This document shows positions 1-10,150 of a stretch of 32,000 bases of DNA, piece by piece. The number at the start of each line of letters is the position of its first letter. Position 1 is the first letter of the stretch. A model generated the notes under the pieces. It did not search any database and was not told the origin of the DNA. It saw nothing but the letters and a program-made list of their open reading frames with translations. Made by a program: the position numbers and the translations under genes. The stretch comes from Candidatus Saccharimonas aalborgensis (GTDB taxonomy: Bacteria > Patescibacteriota > Saccharimonadia > Saccharimonadales > Saccharimonadaceae), in assembly GCF_000392435.1 (NCBI RefSeq), contig NC_021219.1, forward strand, positions 960,001-992,000, in the 5' to 3' direction.

Positions 1-1436
1 TGGTCTGATTTGCTCATGCCAATGCCAGTGTCCTGGACGGAAAACTTGAGTGTAGTATCGGCTGCCTTGACCGATACAAGCACACTGCCCTCTTTGGTGT
101 ATTTGATTGCATTGGTAACAAAGTTTTGCAACAGCTCCTTGAGGTAGAGACGGCTGGCTACCACTTCACCAAGGCCAGGATCAAGGTCAAGATTAAACTT
201 GAGGCCTTTTGTCTCGGCTTGAGGCGCGTATTCATTGTAGAGATCGTGGATGAGATCGCTCACATTGATAGACTCAGGTGCATCCGCGACACCACGTTCG
301 GCACGGCTGAGGGTACTGAGGTCATTGACCATTTTTGCGAGAAAGAGTACCTGATCGTGGGCGATAGTGACATTGGTTGCGAGCGTGGCTTTTGGAATGT
401 CCTCCCTGGTCATCATGAGCTGAACATTGCTCAGAGTACCCTCAGCAATGGTGATGGGCGTACGTAGCTCATGGCTCACTACCGAGATAAACTCGTCTCG
501 CTCTTCCTCGAGACTTTTTTGTTTTGTTATGTCGCGCAGAATAACAATATAGCCGTCGGTTTCATCGTCACTATCAGTTCCTCTGATAGGCGAGAAAATA
601 ACTGATAGATGGAGTGTTTCCTCTGATATGGTGGCACTGAGGTCATCTCTGGATATGACTCCGCGTGCAGATCGAAATGCACTCGAAAACTTGAAGCGTT
701 TGTTGTCCTTGTCGAGCAAGCGGATTACATCATCAATATGCTTGCCGTTAAGACTTGTATTAGTGTCGAGTAAATTGAGTGTCGCGGCGTTGAATACCTG
801 GATAACACCGTGATTGTCGGTGCTCAATATACCATCGGCAAGGTTATTGACGAGGGTCATGATACGATCACGTTGGTGAGATTCCTCGGATTGACTACGC
901 GCTAATTCGTCTCGGTCTACACGTTGGATCGACATAATTGTCGCTGCAACGTAGCCGACCAGAAGTGTACCGAGAAAGTACATGATATCACGCGCTATGT
1001 ACTCGGCCTGGTCCATAGTCAGTAAAATATCGGCGAGCATGGTGGCAAAAAGCGCCAGGATGCTCAGGTTGAGCCCATCTCTGCCCCAAAAGGTAAATGA
1101 TGCAAGGAGAAGTACTACCCAGGTTGCCATAAATGGCATATCAAGTCCTGAGACAAACAGGATATAGGCAACTGAGAGCGCATGGTACAGCACAAGCCGC
1201 ACGGCAGTATCAAGCCGTGTTTTTGCTGGGACGAGAAACTGGTACACACTCAATATAGCCCAGCCAACAGAGATATACGCAAATGCTGTGAGATTAAACG
1301 GATGCTCGTTTTTGACGGCGCCCATCATGAGAAGCAGCCCATAAAACATCAAAATAACAGGCACCAGAAACCCAGCAAATCGGATCAGTTGCTCGGTACG
1401 CGCGTTGACATTTGGCAGGCCACCCTCGCTCATCAT
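1..1436 (-). CDS. Sensor histidine kinase with N-terminal membrane region and PAS domain (3' end truncated by window edge)
   Basis: Manual reverse-strand translation from ATG at 1436/1433: MMSEGGLPNVNARTEQLIRFAGFLVPVILMFYG..., PAS-like ILSTDNHGVIQVFNAATLNLL, H-box VSHELRTPITIAEG, ATPase region ending LQNFVTNAIKYTKEGSVLVSV...VQDTGIGMS. Absent from the ORF track because it runs off the window. Confidence 0.88.
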   Translation of the reverse strand, partial: MMSEGGLPNVNARTEQLIRFAGFLVPVILMFYGLLLMMGAVKNEHPFNLTAFAYISVGWAILSVYQFLVPAKTRLDTAVRLVLYHALSVAYILFVSGLDMPFMATWVVLLLASFTFWGRDGLNLSILALFATMLADILLTMDQAEYIARDIMYFLGTLLVGYVAATIMSIQRVDRDELARSQSEESHQRDRIMTLVNNLADGILSTDNHGVIQVFNAATLNLLDTNTSLNGKHIDDVIRLLDKDNKRFKFSSAFRSARGVISRDDLSATISEETLHLSVIFSPIRGTDSDDETDGYIVILRDITKQKSLEEERDEFISVVSHELRTPITIAEGTLSNVQLMMTREDIPKATLATNVTIAHDQVLFLAKMVNDLSTLSRAERGVADAPESINVSDLIHDLYNEYAPQAETKGLKFNLDLDPGLGEVVASRLYLKELLQNFVTNAIKYTKEGSVLVSVKAADTTLKFSVQDTGIGMSKSD

Positions 1437-1472
1437 TCTCTAGTATATCCATAAGCGAGACAAATGAAAAGC

Positions 1473-2171
1473 TTATACTGAGGGCGTTTCGCGGGCAATC
1501 TGTCGTCGATGCAATTTGTAGTGCGGATCGTACTGGCCGACAAGCTGCCAAAATGCCTTTGAGTGGTTCATGTGTCTCGTATGGCAGAGTTCGTGGATGA
1601 TGACATAGTCGATGAGCTCGTCTTTTAGTTTCATCAGGCCGATATTGAGGCTTATTGTGCCCGTCGAGCTACAGCTTCCCCACCGAGTACCTGCATGTGA
1701 GAAGCGAATCCGCTCATAGCTGAGCCCAAGCTGTTCCCCGAGGGTTGACAAGCGATTATTTAGATATGATTTTGCTTCTTTGCGCAACACTATTATGACT
1801 GAGTCGCGAATTAACTGCTGAACGGCTCTCGATTCGAGTGTATGACCAGGGGGTAAATAGACGAGCAGCTTCTTGCGCTCGATTTTTACCTTCGGGTGAT
1901 CAACCATCCCTGTTTTGATAACAGCGATAGTGTGAGTTTTTCCAATAATCGTGCCATCTTGGTAGGTTATTTTTTTTGGTTGCTTAGCTAGAAGTTCGCG
2001 TAAGTCGCCGCGTGATGATGCCACAACGCCTCTTAGGTAGACGAGCGGCGTCATGAGGGGTGCTTTGATCGAGAGCTTGCCTGAGGTATCAACGTGAATA
2101 CGGACACTACGCATGCGGGACGCACGGGTCACGGTGATGTCACCAAACTCTTTATCATGAAGTAGCGCCAT
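1473..2171 (-). CDS. YgjP-like (DUF45/M48-related) zinc metallopeptidase
   Basis: 232 aa ORF with HExxH-type motif VIIHELCHTRHMNHSKAFWQLV and RWGSCSSTGTISLNIGLM typical of the YgjP family. Confidence 0.9.
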   Translation of the reverse strand: MALLHDKEFGDITVTRASRMRSVRIHVDTSGKLSIKAPLMTPLVYLRGVVASSRGDLRELLAKQPKKITYQDGTIIGKTHTIAVIKTGMVDHPKVKIERKKLLVYLPPGHTLESRAVQQLIRDSVIIVLRKEAKSYLNNRLSTLGEQLGLSYERIRFSHAGTRWGSCSSTGTISLNIGLMKLKDELIDYVIIHELCHTRHMNHSKAFWQLVGQYDPHYKLHRRQIARETPSV

Positions 2172-2180
2172 AAAAAGTAG

Positions 2181-2735
2181 CTACCGCTTCTGGCTAATAG
2201 ATGCGGGTACGGGTTCGTCGCGAACAGCGATGACCCTTGAAGCACGTTCTTTTGTCAATCGACTAAGCACGGCTTTGACTTGCGTCGCGTAGGTGTGTTT
2301 ACCACTGATGACAACAGGTGTTTCAGACGGATGCGGCGGGCTAAACTTTCGAGCAATTTCGTCGTAGTCACCTGGCGTCATATCGTATGCCTTGAGAGTA
2401 CGATCTTGGGCTGTTTCGCTGTCAACCTGCACCCATACGATGACAGGCTTGTAGCCATGCTTTCGCACCCATTTGCAAAACTCGGTGCGGACAGTCCTCG
2501 AATCGGTGAATCCCTCATACACAAAACTCTGACCAGTTTTGACGATTTCGTTGGCAACGATTGCAGTGATTGCCTGTAAGGATGGCGTGTCTTTGGTAAA
2601 AGAAGCAAAGGCGCGACTATCGATACACGGCATATGAAACGTCTCAGCAAACTGTTTGGCAAAAAAGCTTTTTCCACTCCCAGGAAGCCCTACCATCATG
2701 ATCGCATGAGGATCGGTAAGATGTAATGATCTCAT
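2181..2735 (-). CDS. P-loop ATPase/kinase-like protein (AAA_33 type)
   Basis: 184 aa ORF with Walker A MVGLPGSGKSFFAKQFAE near the N-terminus. Confidence 0.75.
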   Translation of the reverse strand: MRSLHLTDPHAIMMVGLPGSGKSFFAKQFAETFHMPCIDSRAFASFTKDTPSLQAITAIVANEIVKTGQSFVYEGFTDSRTVRTEFCKWVRKHGYKPVIVWVQVDSETAQDRTLKAYDMTPGDYDEIARKFSPPHPSETPVVISGKHTYATQVKAVLSRLTKERASRVIAVRDEPVPASISQKR

Positions 2736-2863
2736 ACGATTTAGTATAGCAGATTTCTCTCAGGTGTAAGCATGAGCGATATAGTTATTATATAAAGTTG
2801 ACTGTACTCAAAGAAAGTGAGAAAATGGTAGTGATATCTGTACATGATAGTGAGGAGGCGTGT

Positions 2864-4462
2864 ATGAAACTAGCAAGAGCAGTTATTATTGGAGGCATCG
2901 TAGCGTTGTTGTCGCTCGTTGTACTCGGACATCTTGAGGGTGATAATGCCCTAGCGCTCAACCCAAGTGCGAGAGACTGTGACAACAATTCGATTATCTA
3001 TTGTGGTGCTATTACGCCTGATGAGCTAGCCACAAAATATGCTCAAAATAAAACCGGTGATTTGCCTGCTCTGTATAGCCATTATGGTATCAGCGCGACG
3101 ATGATCAACGCAAAGTCTCAAAAACAAGGCTATGTTACAAAAGCCGGCGACGTCTACTACAACGGCAAAGTTGTCGCAAAAAAAGCCATCAGCGTGGGCC
3201 GGCAGTACAATACCGGTAGTTGGGCGGTTGGCATCGACGGTCGCACCTATTATGAGCGCTATACTGGCACAAATTACGCTGCCGGAGTTGACGCGATCGC
3301 CGTTCATATTTGGTTCGATGCTAATGGCAAGTTTGTCGCCGCGGTTATGTACTCATGTGGCAATGCGCTTATCGCAACGCCTGTCGAAGTACCGACCGTC
3401 GCCTGTGACACGCTCACTGTTGAAAAGATCAGCCGTACACAATATCGTTTGACCGGCAAAGCACACGCAACTGGGGGTGCTACCATTAAGGCGATTCACT
3501 ATTATGCATTTGACTCAGTTAGCAAGCCAGTGGTGGGAGTAGCAGGTCCCGATGGACAGTCGACAAGCACCGTGACAATGACCATTCCTAATCCCGGAAC
3601 CTATAAGCTTCAAGCGATTGCTCTCACGAGTATGGGCAATACATCGAGCGATGGGTGTACCAAATCTGTCGTTGTCGATCAAGAACCCTGCCCTATTCCG
3701 GGCAAAGAGAATTTGCCAAAGAACAGCCCGCAATGTGTCGAGGATAAGCCCGGTGTTTCGATCACAAAGATGGTCAACAATGCCGAGCATCAGACGGTCC
3801 TTGTTGGTAGTATCTATGAGTATGAGATTTCAGTAAAAAATACCGGCAATGTGCCGCTCAAAGATGTTGTTGTGACTGATACGGCGCCGGCGGGGGTTGC
3901 CTTTATTTCAGCCAGTAGTGGTGAGATAACGGGCGGCACATGGCGCAACACGCTACCTACACTCGCTGTTGGCGAGTCACTCAGTTTCACCATTGCGGCA
4001 AAGATCGCCGCGTACAAGGCTGGTGTCATCAAGAACATTGCTTGTGTTGAAACGCCGACTGTACCTGGCGGCAATCCGGATGATTGTGACGATGCGACGG
4101 TCGAGACAGTTCGCATGATTGACGTGTGCGATTTGCGTTCACACACGATTGTTCGGATTAATGAAAAAGACTTTAATGGTGATCACATGACAAAAGACGT
4201 GTCGCAATGTGAAGACCTCAAGGTCTGTCGTCTGAGCGACAAGACAGTCGTTACTATCAAGAAAAGTCAATTTGACGCTCAGCTTTACTCAAAAACGCTC
4301 AATGACTGTGTGCCTAAGCCTCAGCCTACTCCCCCCGTAACTCCACCCACCGTCGAACTTCCTCATACCGGTATCATCGATACGTTCGGGAGCAGTCTTG
4401 GACTTGGAAGCCTGGTTGGTGCAAGTCACTACTACGTTGCGAGCCGTCGGTCGGTGCGTTAG
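2864..4462 (+). CDS. Secreted/cell-wall surface protein with DUF11-like repeat and LPXTG-type sorting signal
   Basis: ORF open from 2798; best start is ATG 2864 after GAGGAGG, giving signal-like MKLARAVIIGGIVALLSLVVLGH. DUF11-like segment (YEYEISVKNTGNVPLKDVVVTDTAPAGVAFISASSG...GESLSFTIAAKI). C-terminus ELPHTG-IIDTFGSSLGLGSLVGASHYYVASRRSVR. Confidence 0.85.
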   Translation: MKLARAVIIGGIVALLSLVVLGHLEGDNALALNPSARDCDNNSIIYCGAITPDELATKYAQNKTGDLPALYSHYGISATMINAKSQKQGYVTKAGDVYYNGKVVAKKAISVGRQYNTGSWAVGIDGRTYYERYTGTNYAAGVDAIAVHIWFDANGKFVAAVMYSCGNALIATPVEVPTVACDTLTVEKISRTQYRLTGKAHATGGATIKAIHYYAFDSVSKPVVGVAGPDGQSTSTVTMTIPNPGTYKLQAIALTSMGNTSSDGCTKSVVVDQEPCPIPGKENLPKNSPQCVEDKPGVSITKMVNNAEHQTVLVGSIYEYEISVKNTGNVPLKDVVVTDTAPAGVAFISASSGEITGGTWRNTLPTLAVGESLSFTIAAKIAAYKAGVIKNIACVETPTVPGGNPDDCDDATVETVRMIDVCDLRSHTIVRINEKDFNGDHMTKDVSQCEDLKVCRLSDKTVVTIKKSQFDAQLYSKTLNDCVPKPQPTPPVTPPTVELPHTGIIDTFGSSLGLGSLVGASHYYVASRRSVR

Positions 4463-4491
4463 TCCGGTGTGGTAAATACAAGCAAAAAATT

Positions 4492-4566
4492 TGGCAGGGG
4501 AGACAGGACTCGAACCTGCAACCAACGGTTTTGGAGACCGCTACTCTACCATTGAGCCACTCCCCT
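4492..4566 (-). tRNA. tRNA-Trp (anticodon CCA), 3' CCA encoded
   Basis: Reverse complement AGGGGAGTGGCTCAATGGTAGAGTAGCGGTCTCCAAAACCGTTGGTTGCAGGTTCGAGTCCTGTCTCCCCTGCCA; 7-bp acceptor AGGGGAG/CTCCCCT, T-loop GGTTCGAGTCC. Confidence 0.95.
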
Positions 4567-4668
4567 CTACGAACACATATTGTAACAGAAAAGCCCCAAC
4601 CTCACTAGCTGAGATTTCCACAGATTCAAGAATGCTTAAAAATTAAGTCATATTTTTTGTACAATCTG

Positions 4669-4698
4669 TTGCAAAAGATACGACGCACAGCGTATACT
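4669..4698 (+). promoter_or_regulatory. Putative sigma70-type promoter for the glycosyltransferase/GH57/GH15 cluster
   Basis: TTGCAA - 18 nt - TATACT, about 60 nt upstream of the ATG at 4762. Confidence 0.4.
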
Positions 4699-4761
4699 GG
4701 TTATGAATACTTCTAATCAACACGAGAGGGGTACGTTAGGCAGGCCGTCTAATCTATAAAC

Positions 4762-5991
4762 ATGAACATACTGATGCTAGGGTGGGAGCTTCCACCTCAC
4801 TATGTCGGAGGTATGGGTGTCGTCTGTGACCAACTTACCAAACAAATGGTCGCTGATGGTGCTGATATCGAATTTGTTCTGCCTTTTAGGGCTGATTTTT
4901 CGGCTATCACGCACATGAAGGTGACGGCGGCAATAGATCAAGATGCGGAAACCTTGATGAAAAGCGGCGGTACCTACGATTCGACGAAGTTTGAGGTGAT
5001 TCGAAAGGACGGATCGAGCCAGATACGGACACTGTATGAGCAGGTCAACGCCTTTGCGCAAAACATCGGTCACGCTGTCGATTTTGGACGATTTGATGTT
5101 ATTCACGTTCACGACTGGTTGACGCTTCGTGCGGGTATCGAGGCAAAGCGCCAGAGCGGGCTCCCCCTCTTTGTGCATATTCATGCTACCGAGTACGATC
5201 GTGCTGGCGGTAAAGAGGGTAACCCACTGGTACGTGAAATTGAATATATCGGGTTACACATGGCGGACCATGTCTTTGCCGTTAGCGAACGCACCAAGCA
5301 AACCCTCATCGATCAGTATGATATTCCTGCCGAAAAGATTACGGTCGCGCGTAATGTCATGGAGATATCGCCCAAGCTCATCAATGAGTCACGTGAGACC
5401 TATCAGTACATCCAGGCGATGCGCGATGAGGGCTATAAGGTTGTGGTAAATGCAGGGCGGATGACTGTCCAAAAAGGTCTGGTGTTTTTGCTTCAAACGG
5501 CACGCCAAGTAATCGATCGAAACCCCAAAACGCTCTTTCTTTTTGTTGGTGGCGGCGAACAGATACCGGAGCTGCAACAGATAGCCAGTGATCTTGGCAT
5601 CGCAAAAAACGTTATTTTCACGGGACGAGTTGAAGGAATCGGCAAAGCATGGCGCGATGCATTTCGCGTCTCAGACTTGTATGTCATGCCTTCTGTCTCT
5701 GAGCCTCTCGGTATGGTCCCCTATGAAGCAATCTCCTACGGTACTCCCGCGCTTGTGTCGCGACAGTCTGGTATCAGCGAAGCGCTTGTCAATGTGCTCA
5801 AGGCTGATTATTGGGATACTCACCGCATGGCCGATCAGATAATAGCTGTTCTCACCCACCAATCGCTCCATGATACCCTGCTCAAAAATGCGCAGGAGGA
5901 GATCACGCGTCATACATGGGCCCCTGTTTCAAGCACAATTAAGAGACAGTATCACCATGTCATCAACCTCAGGAAAGGACAACCATCATGA
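4762..5991 (+). CDS. Glycosyltransferase (glycogen synthase-like, GT4/GT5 fold)
   Basis: MNILMLGWELPPHYVGGMGVVCDQLTKQM..., KITVARNVMEISP, VVNAGRMTVQKGLVFLLQTARQV, YVMPSVSEPLGMVPYEAISYGTPALVSRQSG. Confidence 0.93.
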   Translation: MNILMLGWELPPHYVGGMGVVCDQLTKQMVADGADIEFVLPFRADFSAITHMKVTAAIDQDAETLMKSGGTYDSTKFEVIRKDGSSQIRTLYEQVNAFAQNIGHAVDFGRFDVIHVHDWLTLRAGIEAKRQSGLPLFVHIHATEYDRAGGKEGNPLVREIEYIGLHMADHVFAVSERTKQTLIDQYDIPAEKITVARNVMEISPKLINESRETYQYIQAMRDEGYKVVVNAGRMTVQKGLVFLLQTARQVIDRNPKTLFLFVGGGEQIPELQQIASDLGIAKNVIFTGRVEGIGKAWRDAFRVSDLYVMPSVSEPLGMVPYEAISYGTPALVSRQSGISEALVNVLKADYWDTHRMADQIIAVLTHQSLHDTLLKNAQEEITRHTWAPVSSTIKRQYHHVINLRKGQPS

Positions 5992-7238
5992 GTCAACGAG
6001 CGATTGTGCTCTACATGCACGTACATCAACCGTTTCGTATTCGTCCCTATAGTATCTTTGACGCAGGTACTGATCATAATTATTTTGATGCTCCCGACGG
6101 GTCGCGAACCAGCAACCGCGATATCTTGCTGAAAGTTGCTGAGAAATCGTATATCCCGACGAACGAATACCTTATGCGGATGATCGAAACATATCCGGAG
6201 TTTCGTTTATCTATCTCTATTACCGGTACTATCATCGAACAGTTTGAACGGTATGCTCCTGAGGTTTTGGAAAGTTTCCAGCGTCTGGTTGCAACAGGCC
6301 GTGTCGAAATTGTTGCCGAAACCTATTATCATAGTCTGGCTTTTTTCTACGACCGTGATGAGTTTCAGCGTCAAGTTGACATGCATCGACAGAAAATTGA
6401 GGAAGTGTTTGGAGTGACACCAACTGCGTTCCGAAATACAGAGCTTGCCTACAATAATGATCTTGCAGCATGGGCAGACAATGCTGGATACAAAGTAATT
6501 TTGAGCGAAGGATGGGATCCGGTGTTGGGTTGGCGTAGTCCAAACTTTGTTTATCGCCCGACCGGCACCCAGACTATTAGACTGCTGACAAAGAATTACA
6601 AGCTAAGTGATGATATCGCCTTTCGATTTAGTAACCGCGAGTGGAATGAGTTTCCGCTGACAGTCGATAAGTATATGGACTGGGTAAACGTGTCGTGGCG
6701 AGAGCCGCTCATCAATCTATTTATGGATTATGAGACATTTGGTGAGCATCAGTGGGCGGATAGTGGCATTTTTGAGTTTATGGAGGAGTTGCCAAAACAA
6801 TGGTTAGCAAAACACGATCATACATTTATGACAGTAAGCGAAGCTGCTGAGGCGTTTGAGGCAGTGGATGTTGTCGATTGCCCCGAAACCATAACATGGG
6901 CAGATACAGAGCGTGATCTGACGGCGTGGCTTGGCAATCAAATGCAGCAAGAAGCGATGAAATTTGTCTATGAACTTGGTCCAAAGGTGCTTGCTAGCGA
7001 CAACCTCGAACTCATCGGCGATTGGCGTAAATTGCAGACGAGTGACAACCCGTATTATATGTGTACAAAATATTTCAAAGATGGCGATGTGCACGCCTAC
7101 TTCAGTCCGTATGAATCACCCTATGATGCCTTCATGTATTATATGAATGCCCTTCATGATGTGCAGGCACGGCTGAGTCAGACCGCAGAAGAGCTAAAGG
7201 TGGAAGAGACGGATGGCGAGACCAATTGTACTGAGTAA
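5988..7238 (+). CDS. Glycoside hydrolase family 57 (alpha-amylase-like) protein
   Basis: MSQRAIVLYMHVHQPFRIRPYSIFDAG..., IVAETYYHSLAFFYDRDEFQRQVDMH, FMDYETFGEHQ; 4-nt overlap with the upstream gene. Confidence 0.92.
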   Translation: MSQRAIVLYMHVHQPFRIRPYSIFDAGTDHNYFDAPDGSRTSNRDILLKVAEKSYIPTNEYLMRMIETYPEFRLSISITGTIIEQFERYAPEVLESFQRLVATGRVEIVAETYYHSLAFFYDRDEFQRQVDMHRQKIEEVFGVTPTAFRNTELAYNNDLAAWADNAGYKVILSEGWDPVLGWRSPNFVYRPTGTQTIRLLTKNYKLSDDIAFRFSNREWNEFPLTVDKYMDWVNVSWREPLINLFMDYETFGEHQWADSGIFEFMEELPKQWLAKHDHTFMTVSEAAEAFEAVDVVDCPETITWADTERDLTAWLGNQMQQEAMKFVYELGPKVLASDNLELIGDWRKLQTSDNPYYMCTKYFKDGDVHAYFSPYESPYDAFMYYMNALHDVQARLSQTAEELKVEETDGETNCTE

Positions 7239-9165
7239 TGGTGAACTCCATGTTGGTATCAATAAGTACGCGCTTGTCCATGACTTCTATTACCCGTATG
7301 TTGGGTTAGAAAACCATGCTGCAGGACGCTCGCTTCGCCACCATGTCGGCATATGGGCGGATGGCACGATCTCATGGCTCGATGACGATACGTGGGAGTT
7401 TGACTATAGCTATCCTCACCAGGCACTTATAGGACACATCGTGGCGCGAAACCACACGTTAGGTATCATACTTGAGTTTGATGATACCGTTGATGCTGAG
7501 ATGAGTGTATTTATGCGAAACGTACACATTATCAATATGCGTGAAACTGTACGTGATCTTCGACTGTTTTTTCATCAAGCGTTTGTGATAGGTGACTCAC
7601 GCAGCAATACTGACACCGCTCAATATTTGCCGGATGCCGATGCGATATTGCATTATCGCGGACGCCGTGCATTTATTGTTTCGGCCCAGGACGACAATCA
7701 TGCCGTCTTTGATCAGTACAGTATCGGGCTATTTGATATCGAAGGCAGAGAAGGTACGTTTCGTGATGCTGACGACGGTGAACTTAGCATGTGCCCAGTT
7801 GAGCACGGTCGAGTTGACTCAACGATACGATTTAAGCTTGACCTGCAACCACATAGTTCGCTACGTGTGCACTATTGGATCGCATGCGGTTCGTCTACGA
7901 GAGAAGCCCTTTATATCCATCGTCAAGTGGCAAAACAAGGCATCAACGCACGGCTTGATCGCACCAACAAATGGTGGCATGAATGGCTCAAACCAGCCAA
8001 GGCTACCGCCGAAAAAATTGATGCTGCGCATCGCGACATGTTCATTAAATCAGTGATGCTCGTTAAGTCTCATATCGATAAACGCGGAGCAGTTATCGCC
8101 AGTACCGACACGGCCATGCTCAACTATTGGCGAGATGCCTATGGGTATTGTTGGCCGCGCGATGGGGCCTACGCACTCTGGCCACTAATCCGAATGGGTT
8201 ATAAAGACGAGGCTTACCGTTTCTTTGAGTTTTGCCGCCGTGGGCTGAGCTCTGGTGGCTATCTGATGCATAAGTATCGTGCCGACGGTGCACTGGGGAG
8301 TAGTTGGCATCCCTATGTCCATGAACATGGCGTGGTTGCGCCCCCAATTCAGGAGGATGAGACTGCGCTGACGCTGTTTGTATTTAGCCAATATTATCAC
8401 CTTCATGAAGATGAGAATCTGCTCAAAGAGTTTTATGAACCAATGATTTTGCCAATGGCAAATTTTTTGGCATCATATATCGATACTCGGACTGGGCTTC
8501 CAAAGCCGACCTATGATCTGTGGGAGGAAACATTTATCACTTCGACATATACGACGGCCGTGGTTTATGCGGCACTTCAGGCAGCCGCCGATTTGGCTGA
8601 GAAGCGTGATGATGCGGATAGTGTTGTCGCCTGGAGGGCGGCGGCTGATGATATCCGCTTGGCTGCGGTGAAGCATTTGTACAATGCTGACGTTGGAGTG
8701 TTTCGAAAGGGTCTTATAGTCAACGAAGCCGATGAGGTTGTATACAATGAGACAATTGATCTATCGAGCTTTTTTGGGTCATTTATGTTTGGGCTATTCG
8801 CCGTTGATAGCGATGAAGTAAGTCAATCGGCCAAAACAATCCAGCGCGTCTTTGGTCTTGATCAAGCCCACCCAGGTGTTCCTCGATATCAAAACGATAA
8901 CTATCGTCGTGCCCATGCGGAGACACCAGGAAATCTTTGGTTCGTTACCTCATTGTGGATGGCCCAATATTACCTCGAGACAAGTTTACCCGACGAAGCG
9001 ATGAATGTACTCAACTGGGTACGCGATTCGGCGTGGGCAACAGGCGTGATGACGGAACAACTCGACCCTCTCACACACAGAGAAGTATCGATTGCCCCCC
9101 TAACATGGAGTCAGGCTGAGTATCTGTCGACTCTCCTCGATACCATTCCCGAGGCGGTCGTATGA
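7213..9165 (+). CDS. Glycoside hydrolase family 15 (glucoamylase/trehalase-like) protein
   Basis: GH15 features: NKYALVHDFYYPYVGLENHAAGR, NYWRDAYGYCWPRDGAYALWPLIRMGY, GVVAPPIQEDETALTLF, APLTWSQAEYLSTL. Confidence 0.92.
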   Translation: MARPIVLSNGELHVGINKYALVHDFYYPYVGLENHAAGRSLRHHVGIWADGTISWLDDDTWEFDYSYPHQALIGHIVARNHTLGIILEFDDTVDAEMSVFMRNVHIINMRETVRDLRLFFHQAFVIGDSRSNTDTAQYLPDADAILHYRGRRAFIVSAQDDNHAVFDQYSIGLFDIEGREGTFRDADDGELSMCPVEHGRVDSTIRFKLDLQPHSSLRVHYWIACGSSTREALYIHRQVAKQGINARLDRTNKWWHEWLKPAKATAEKIDAAHRDMFIKSVMLVKSHIDKRGAVIASTDTAMLNYWRDAYGYCWPRDGAYALWPLIRMGYKDEAYRFFEFCRRGLSSGGYLMHKYRADGALGSSWHPYVHEHGVVAPPIQEDETALTLFVFSQYYHLHEDENLLKEFYEPMILPMANFLASYIDTRTGLPKPTYDLWEETFITSTYTTAVVYAALQAAADLAEKRDDADSVVAWRAAADDIRLAAVKHLYNADVGVFRKGLIVNEADEVVYNETIDLSSFFGSFMFGLFAVDSDEVSQSAKTIQRVFGLDQAHPGVPRYQNDNYRRAHAETPGNLWFVTSLWMAQYYLETSLPDEAMNVLNWVRDSAWATGVMTEQLDPLTHREVSIAPLTWSQAEYLSTLLDTIPEAVV

Positions 9166-9890
9166 AGCTCAGCAAACGACTTTCGCTCCGAACCAAGCAA
9201 CTACTACGTCACATGACGCCGAGACATGTCGTTCGTTCACGTATTACCCGATCTACGCTACGGCGGTTTGCCGAGAAAGTTGGACTTGTCTATTTTGGTT
9301 ATGTAGATCAACGTGATGATGATCATCGACTGGTGCGAGGGCACACTGTTTCTTCTACTCATGCCGACAATCACTACTGTGTAGGGTCAATTCGTGGCTA
9401 CGATGTTGTCTTGGTGGCTCGCAACGATACTATTCGCGCCAAACACTCACAGACGTATGAGCGCTGCCATTGGCTCATCGCTACAGTTGACCTCCATACC
9501 CGTTATGAGCTTCCTCACTTTTATATCGGACATGGGTCTCGTCGGTCAGCATTCGAAGCATCATTTGAGCAGCTGATTCCCCTGCAAATCGGTACGTTCG
9601 GAACTTACCCGCATGATTTTACGTCAAATTATACGGTCTACGGCATGGCTTCACATGCGCTGGAAATCGAACAAATTATCGTGCCGGGTGTTGCGGGCGT
9701 TATCGCATCGCACTTTCGAAGTGCGAGTATAGAAATCGAAGATAACTGCCTCTACCTCTATATCGAAAGCCAGCACCCCTCAGAAGAAGTGCTGGAAAAA
9801 CTTATATCAAACGCATTATGGCTTGCGGACACGCTCGACACGGCACTTGCGCCGCGTCTCGATGAATCTCCTAGCCCTTACGCGGCTTGA
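9162..9890 (+). CDS. Conserved-looking hypothetical protein
   Basis: 242 aa ORF, 4-nt overlap with the GH15 gene, so likely the same operon; no family recognised. Confidence 0.7.
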   Translation: MKLSKRLSLRTKQLLRHMTPRHVVRSRITRSTLRRFAEKVGLVYFGYVDQRDDDHRLVRGHTVSSTHADNHYCVGSIRGYDVVLVARNDTIRAKHSQTYERCHWLIATVDLHTRYELPHFYIGHGSRRSAFEASFEQLIPLQIGTFGTYPHDFTSNYTVYGMASHALEIEQIIVPGVAGVIASHFRSASIEIEDNCLYLYIESQHPSEEVLEKLISNALWLADTLDTALAPRLDESPSPYAA

Positions 9891-10080
9891 CTTCGTTTCG
9901 ACCCAGAGATTTCTTTGTCTCGACGTAGGTGGCGTGCTTGCGGGCCTTTGGGTCGTATTTCTTGAGCGTTAGTTTATCGGGAGTATTTTGGGTATTTTTG
10001 CGTGTCACATACGTGCGATGACCCGTCAGGTCGCTGACGAGAGCAATGATCTTTCGCTTGGTATTCGTTTTCTTTGCCAT
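9871..10080 (-). CDS. rpmG: Ribosomal protein bL33
   Basis: [56 protein letters not shown]. Confidence 0.93.
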   Translation of the reverse strand: MAKKTNTKRKIIALVSDLTGHRTYVTRKNTQNTPDKLTLKKYDPKARKHATYVETKKSLGRNEVKPRKG

Positions 10081-10150
10081 AAAATCCTCTTATAGAAACT
10101 GCTATTACAATTCAACTACCAATTTTAGCACTCAACAGAGAAAAAAGCAA

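Noticed and set aside
2798-2863. Upstream extension of the surface-protein ORF (MTVLKESEKMVVISVHDSEEAC)
   Set aside because: The downstream ATG at 2864 has a strong GAGGAGG SD and starts a proper signal peptide.
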